DNA of 64,000 nucleotides from Albugo candida (Eukaryota): NCBI GenBank assembly GCA_040437565.1, contig JBDOQK010000046.1, positions 1 to 64,000 of the forward strand, read 5' to 3'. Shown piece by piece: positions 61,517 to 64,000 of this stretch (position 1 is its first letter; each line of letters starts with the position of its first letter). The notes under the pieces were generated by a model. It saw only the letters and a program-made list of their open reading frames with translations, ran no database searches and was not told where the DNA came from. The position numbers and the translations under genes were made by a program.

Positions 61517-62743
61517 TCAAGGTTTTCGGGGCACGGAGGTACTTTGTAAGATGCCCTGCTTGATTAATGATGTATATGAAAAATTGTCAACCTCGTTTGA
61601 ATTCGTGGTCGTTTTAAATGGTCCAAAGACCGTTCCATTCAAGGCATTAGAATAAGCTTCTTGCTGCTGCTTGGCCAGGGCTTGAAGTTTCTTTTTCGAG
61701 AGATCTAGCTTGAAGGCCATGCTCCATTCGTCAACTATTAAAGGACAGTCCTTATTCGTAGCCAAGATCTTACCGCGTCGGGCGATCTCATCACTTATTT
61801 TCTTCTCAGTATCAAACGCAGCTTCCCAGTAGAAATACGAAGACTCGGATATCAATACACGTGGCTTATCTTTGACGAATCCACACCATTCTTTGATGTC
61901 GTTCTCATCGAAACGTTTCTCCACTAAAGGGCTGATCATCACGAGACGATCGTATTTCACTTTTTGAAGACTCTCGATAACTTGAGTGTAGTACGACTTG
62001 AGCATTGTGTTGGTGGCGCCAAGCACTGATGGTTCATAAAGAAGATTGATCCCTATAAAACTCTTGTACGCAATGTACCTGTCGGCGATGATTTCAATGG
62101 TTTGGATGTTTTTTAAGAGGTAACCGCCGTCTCCCCATCTAATTGCATCGTTCGGGCAATTCGCAACCGGTTGGAAATTCTGACACCCTGGAACCCCAGC
62201 AAATGATAGGTAAACTCCAAGATCATACACCGCAGCCCATCGCATAATCCTGTGCATAAAGGGTTCAGGGGAAATGAAATTTTCATCCGGCTCTACCAAC
62301 CAAAATCCAAACTTGATTTTTACTGCGTTGAAATTTTGAGCCTTTATGGCTTTGAAAGTCTCCTCCGTGATCCAATTATCCCGGAGTTCGTCCAGCAATT
62401 CAGTTGGATTATATTCGGCTGGTGGGACACTACCTTTCATTGGTGGCGCGCTGGTAGGAGGTGCTCCAGGCTCTTTTTCCATAAAGACTCTCTCATTGTA
62501 AGCAAGAGGTCTTTGGCCAAGGACTGTCGGCATTCGACAGGAGGATGGTTCATGAATTGCAGCACATGTGAATAGTACTGCATTCATCTTGACCTCCCCA
62601 TTAATTATCTTGTAAGCCATAGAGTTTCGCGATGGTTCTTTTGTAGAAGCAGTCGGATCAACTGTTGGCCAGTCATCACCATCTTGTTGAGCGTAGATGT
62701 AGCAGCTCAAAAGAGAAATGAAGAAAGGCAGATACATGATCAT
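61517..62743 (-). CDS. Secreted divergent GH5 exo-beta-1,3-glucanase-like protein
   Basis: Signal peptide MIMYLPFFISLLSCYIYA; NWITEETFKAIKAQNFNAVKIKFGFW, GVPGCQN, IADRY..FIGINLLYEP, IVDEWS, AKQQQEAY. Confidence 0.87.
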   Translation of the reverse strand: MIMYLPFFISLLSCYIYAQQDGDDWPTVDPTASTKEPSRNSMAYKIINGEVKMNAVLFTCAAIHEPSSCRMPTVLGQRPLAYNERVFMEKEPGAPPTSAPPMKGSVPPAEYNPTELLDELRDNWITEETFKAIKAQNFNAVKIKFGFWLVEPDENFISPEPFMHRIMRWAAVYDLGVYLSFAGVPGCQNFQPVANCPNDAIRWGDGGYLLKNIQTIEIIADRYIAYKSFIGINLLYEPSVLGATNTMLKSYYTQVIESLQKVKYDRLVMISPLVEKRFDENDIKEWCGFVKDKPRVLISESSYFYWEAAFDTEKKISDEIARRGKILATNKDCPLIVDEWSMAFKLDLSKKKLQALAKQQQEAYSNALNGTVFGPFKTTTNSNEVDNFSYTSLIKQGILQSTSVPRKP

Positions 62744-63559
62744 GTACCGGAGAGGAATCACTGAGTGCTTTGACGTAGAGAGTTAATTTTGAAATGTGTT
62801 GATCGAAAAATAATCTCTAATCACAGCCAACTGTTGCTTACCTGGCCGAAAAGTCATCCTCACTCATCAATTCATTCTTGCTTCTACCTGTACGTAATCG
62901 ATATTTCGAATGACACGTCAGCGATGACGATTTGTTTTCGTAAATCCTAACTCACACATGGCACTTTTACCGTTAGATGCGAATATGACGCAACCGTGGT
63001 GATCGCCACGTGGGTGCCACCCAGCCGCTACATATTGTATGGAAGCAATATGTGTCTTTTGAGGTATTCATGGCTCCAGCATTGTTTCGTGAAGCGTTAT
63101 TGTGAAAGCTATCGCATAAGTTGGTCCAATAGTAAGCAAACCAAGTATTTATTCTTACACGCTTAAACTTTGAATGGCTCGAAGTGTGTCTACTAGACAG
63201 TATGATCGATCGCAGGATTTACTATTTTGCTTACGAAGCTGCTGAATCACTATCAAAAGTAGCTTACAACTTGTGCAATAGGTGTACATATATTCAGAAC
63301 AACTGATGAGCATTTACGGAATTAGAATACAGCGAAGACTACTTAGTCATAGTTTAGTAAATTCATACATGTAGAATGTGCTTGACGATCTAATGTATTA
63401 TCGCAAGCACACTTATGAGACCAATAAACCAAATTAACGATTCCTGTCGTTTTCCCGACAAGGCTGACTTCATTACCAGATCCAGAACAGTCCATCAAGA
63501 TTCTACGAATTGTGAAAACTTGACTAGAGGTGGTTTCTCTATGCGAATTCGCCGTGCTT

Positions 63560-64000
63560 TTGAGCAAAGACTGTAGAAATGTATCGAAAAGCGAAGGCTT
63601 ATCGTTTATTGTTGATTCATTGGTAAGGTGCAAAGAGTGGGAGCCAGTGGATTCGAGCCATTATGCAGAATTGGTCCAGTCCTTGTGAATCCACATGAGG
63701 TTCCGGATTCACAAAACCTACGTCTCAGCAGTCGTTTGAATGGTGAATTTTTGCAGCAATGCAGTACCATTGGCATGATTTTCGACGTCTAGAGCTGATA
63801 AGTAACTTTCATAAGACACTACCTTGCTCAAAAACTTCTTTGATTCTCACTGGAACACCTGAGGCATGAGTACTTTTTATTGATCACTAAAAATTCTGGC
63901 TATTCGTTACTACTACAGGGCGTGGGAATCCACCGATATTTCTGCAACCAGGAGATTCTGTGCATGTTGAGATCGAAAATATACACATCCATAAAGTTTT
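63560..64000 (+). pseudogene. FAH-family pseudogene (3' half), retaining the GC-AG intron
   Basis: Nucleotide similarity to 58115-58605 (KDCRNVSKSE, GSQWIRA, LILTGTPE, GDSVHVEIEN) with deletions and frameshifts. Confidence 0.9.

Overview
Eukaryotic genomic scaffold, most likely an oomycete and plausibly an Albugo-like biotroph. This is an inference from the short GT-AG introns, the very compact housekeeping blocks and the oomycete-type GH5/GH6/GT71 genes. It is a draft assembly: many 100-N gaps are flanked by duplicated contig ends, which are artefacts. Two gene-dense blocks (about 17-30 kb: AMP deaminase, SMC6, RING-CXC-CaaX protein, polyamine/amino-acid transporter, GT71; about 49-58.6 kb: SERCA, FCS-type Zn-finger protein, eIF3f, FAH-family hydrolase) alternate with accessory regions full of decayed local duplicates. 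GH6, GH5, FAH and Dim1 each occur three times. There is also a dead, intron-containing Tc1/IS630-like transposase and a copia RT fragment. Highlights: (1) a GH5 exo-beta-1,3-glucanase homologue that has lost both catalytic glutamates and carries a putative signal peptide, RLLR (RxLR) and a P/Y/N/G-rich region; (2) a large inverted duplication at 37.6-48.9 kb with a gene-conversion-like identity patchwork, whose left arm probably hides about 6 kb in a 100-N gap; (3) a secreted knottin-like Cys-rich gene and a CDT2 gene inside that arm, each broken by a single lesion; (4) a RING-H2 + CXC protein ending in a CaaX box. No CRISPR, rRNA or tRNA was recognised.
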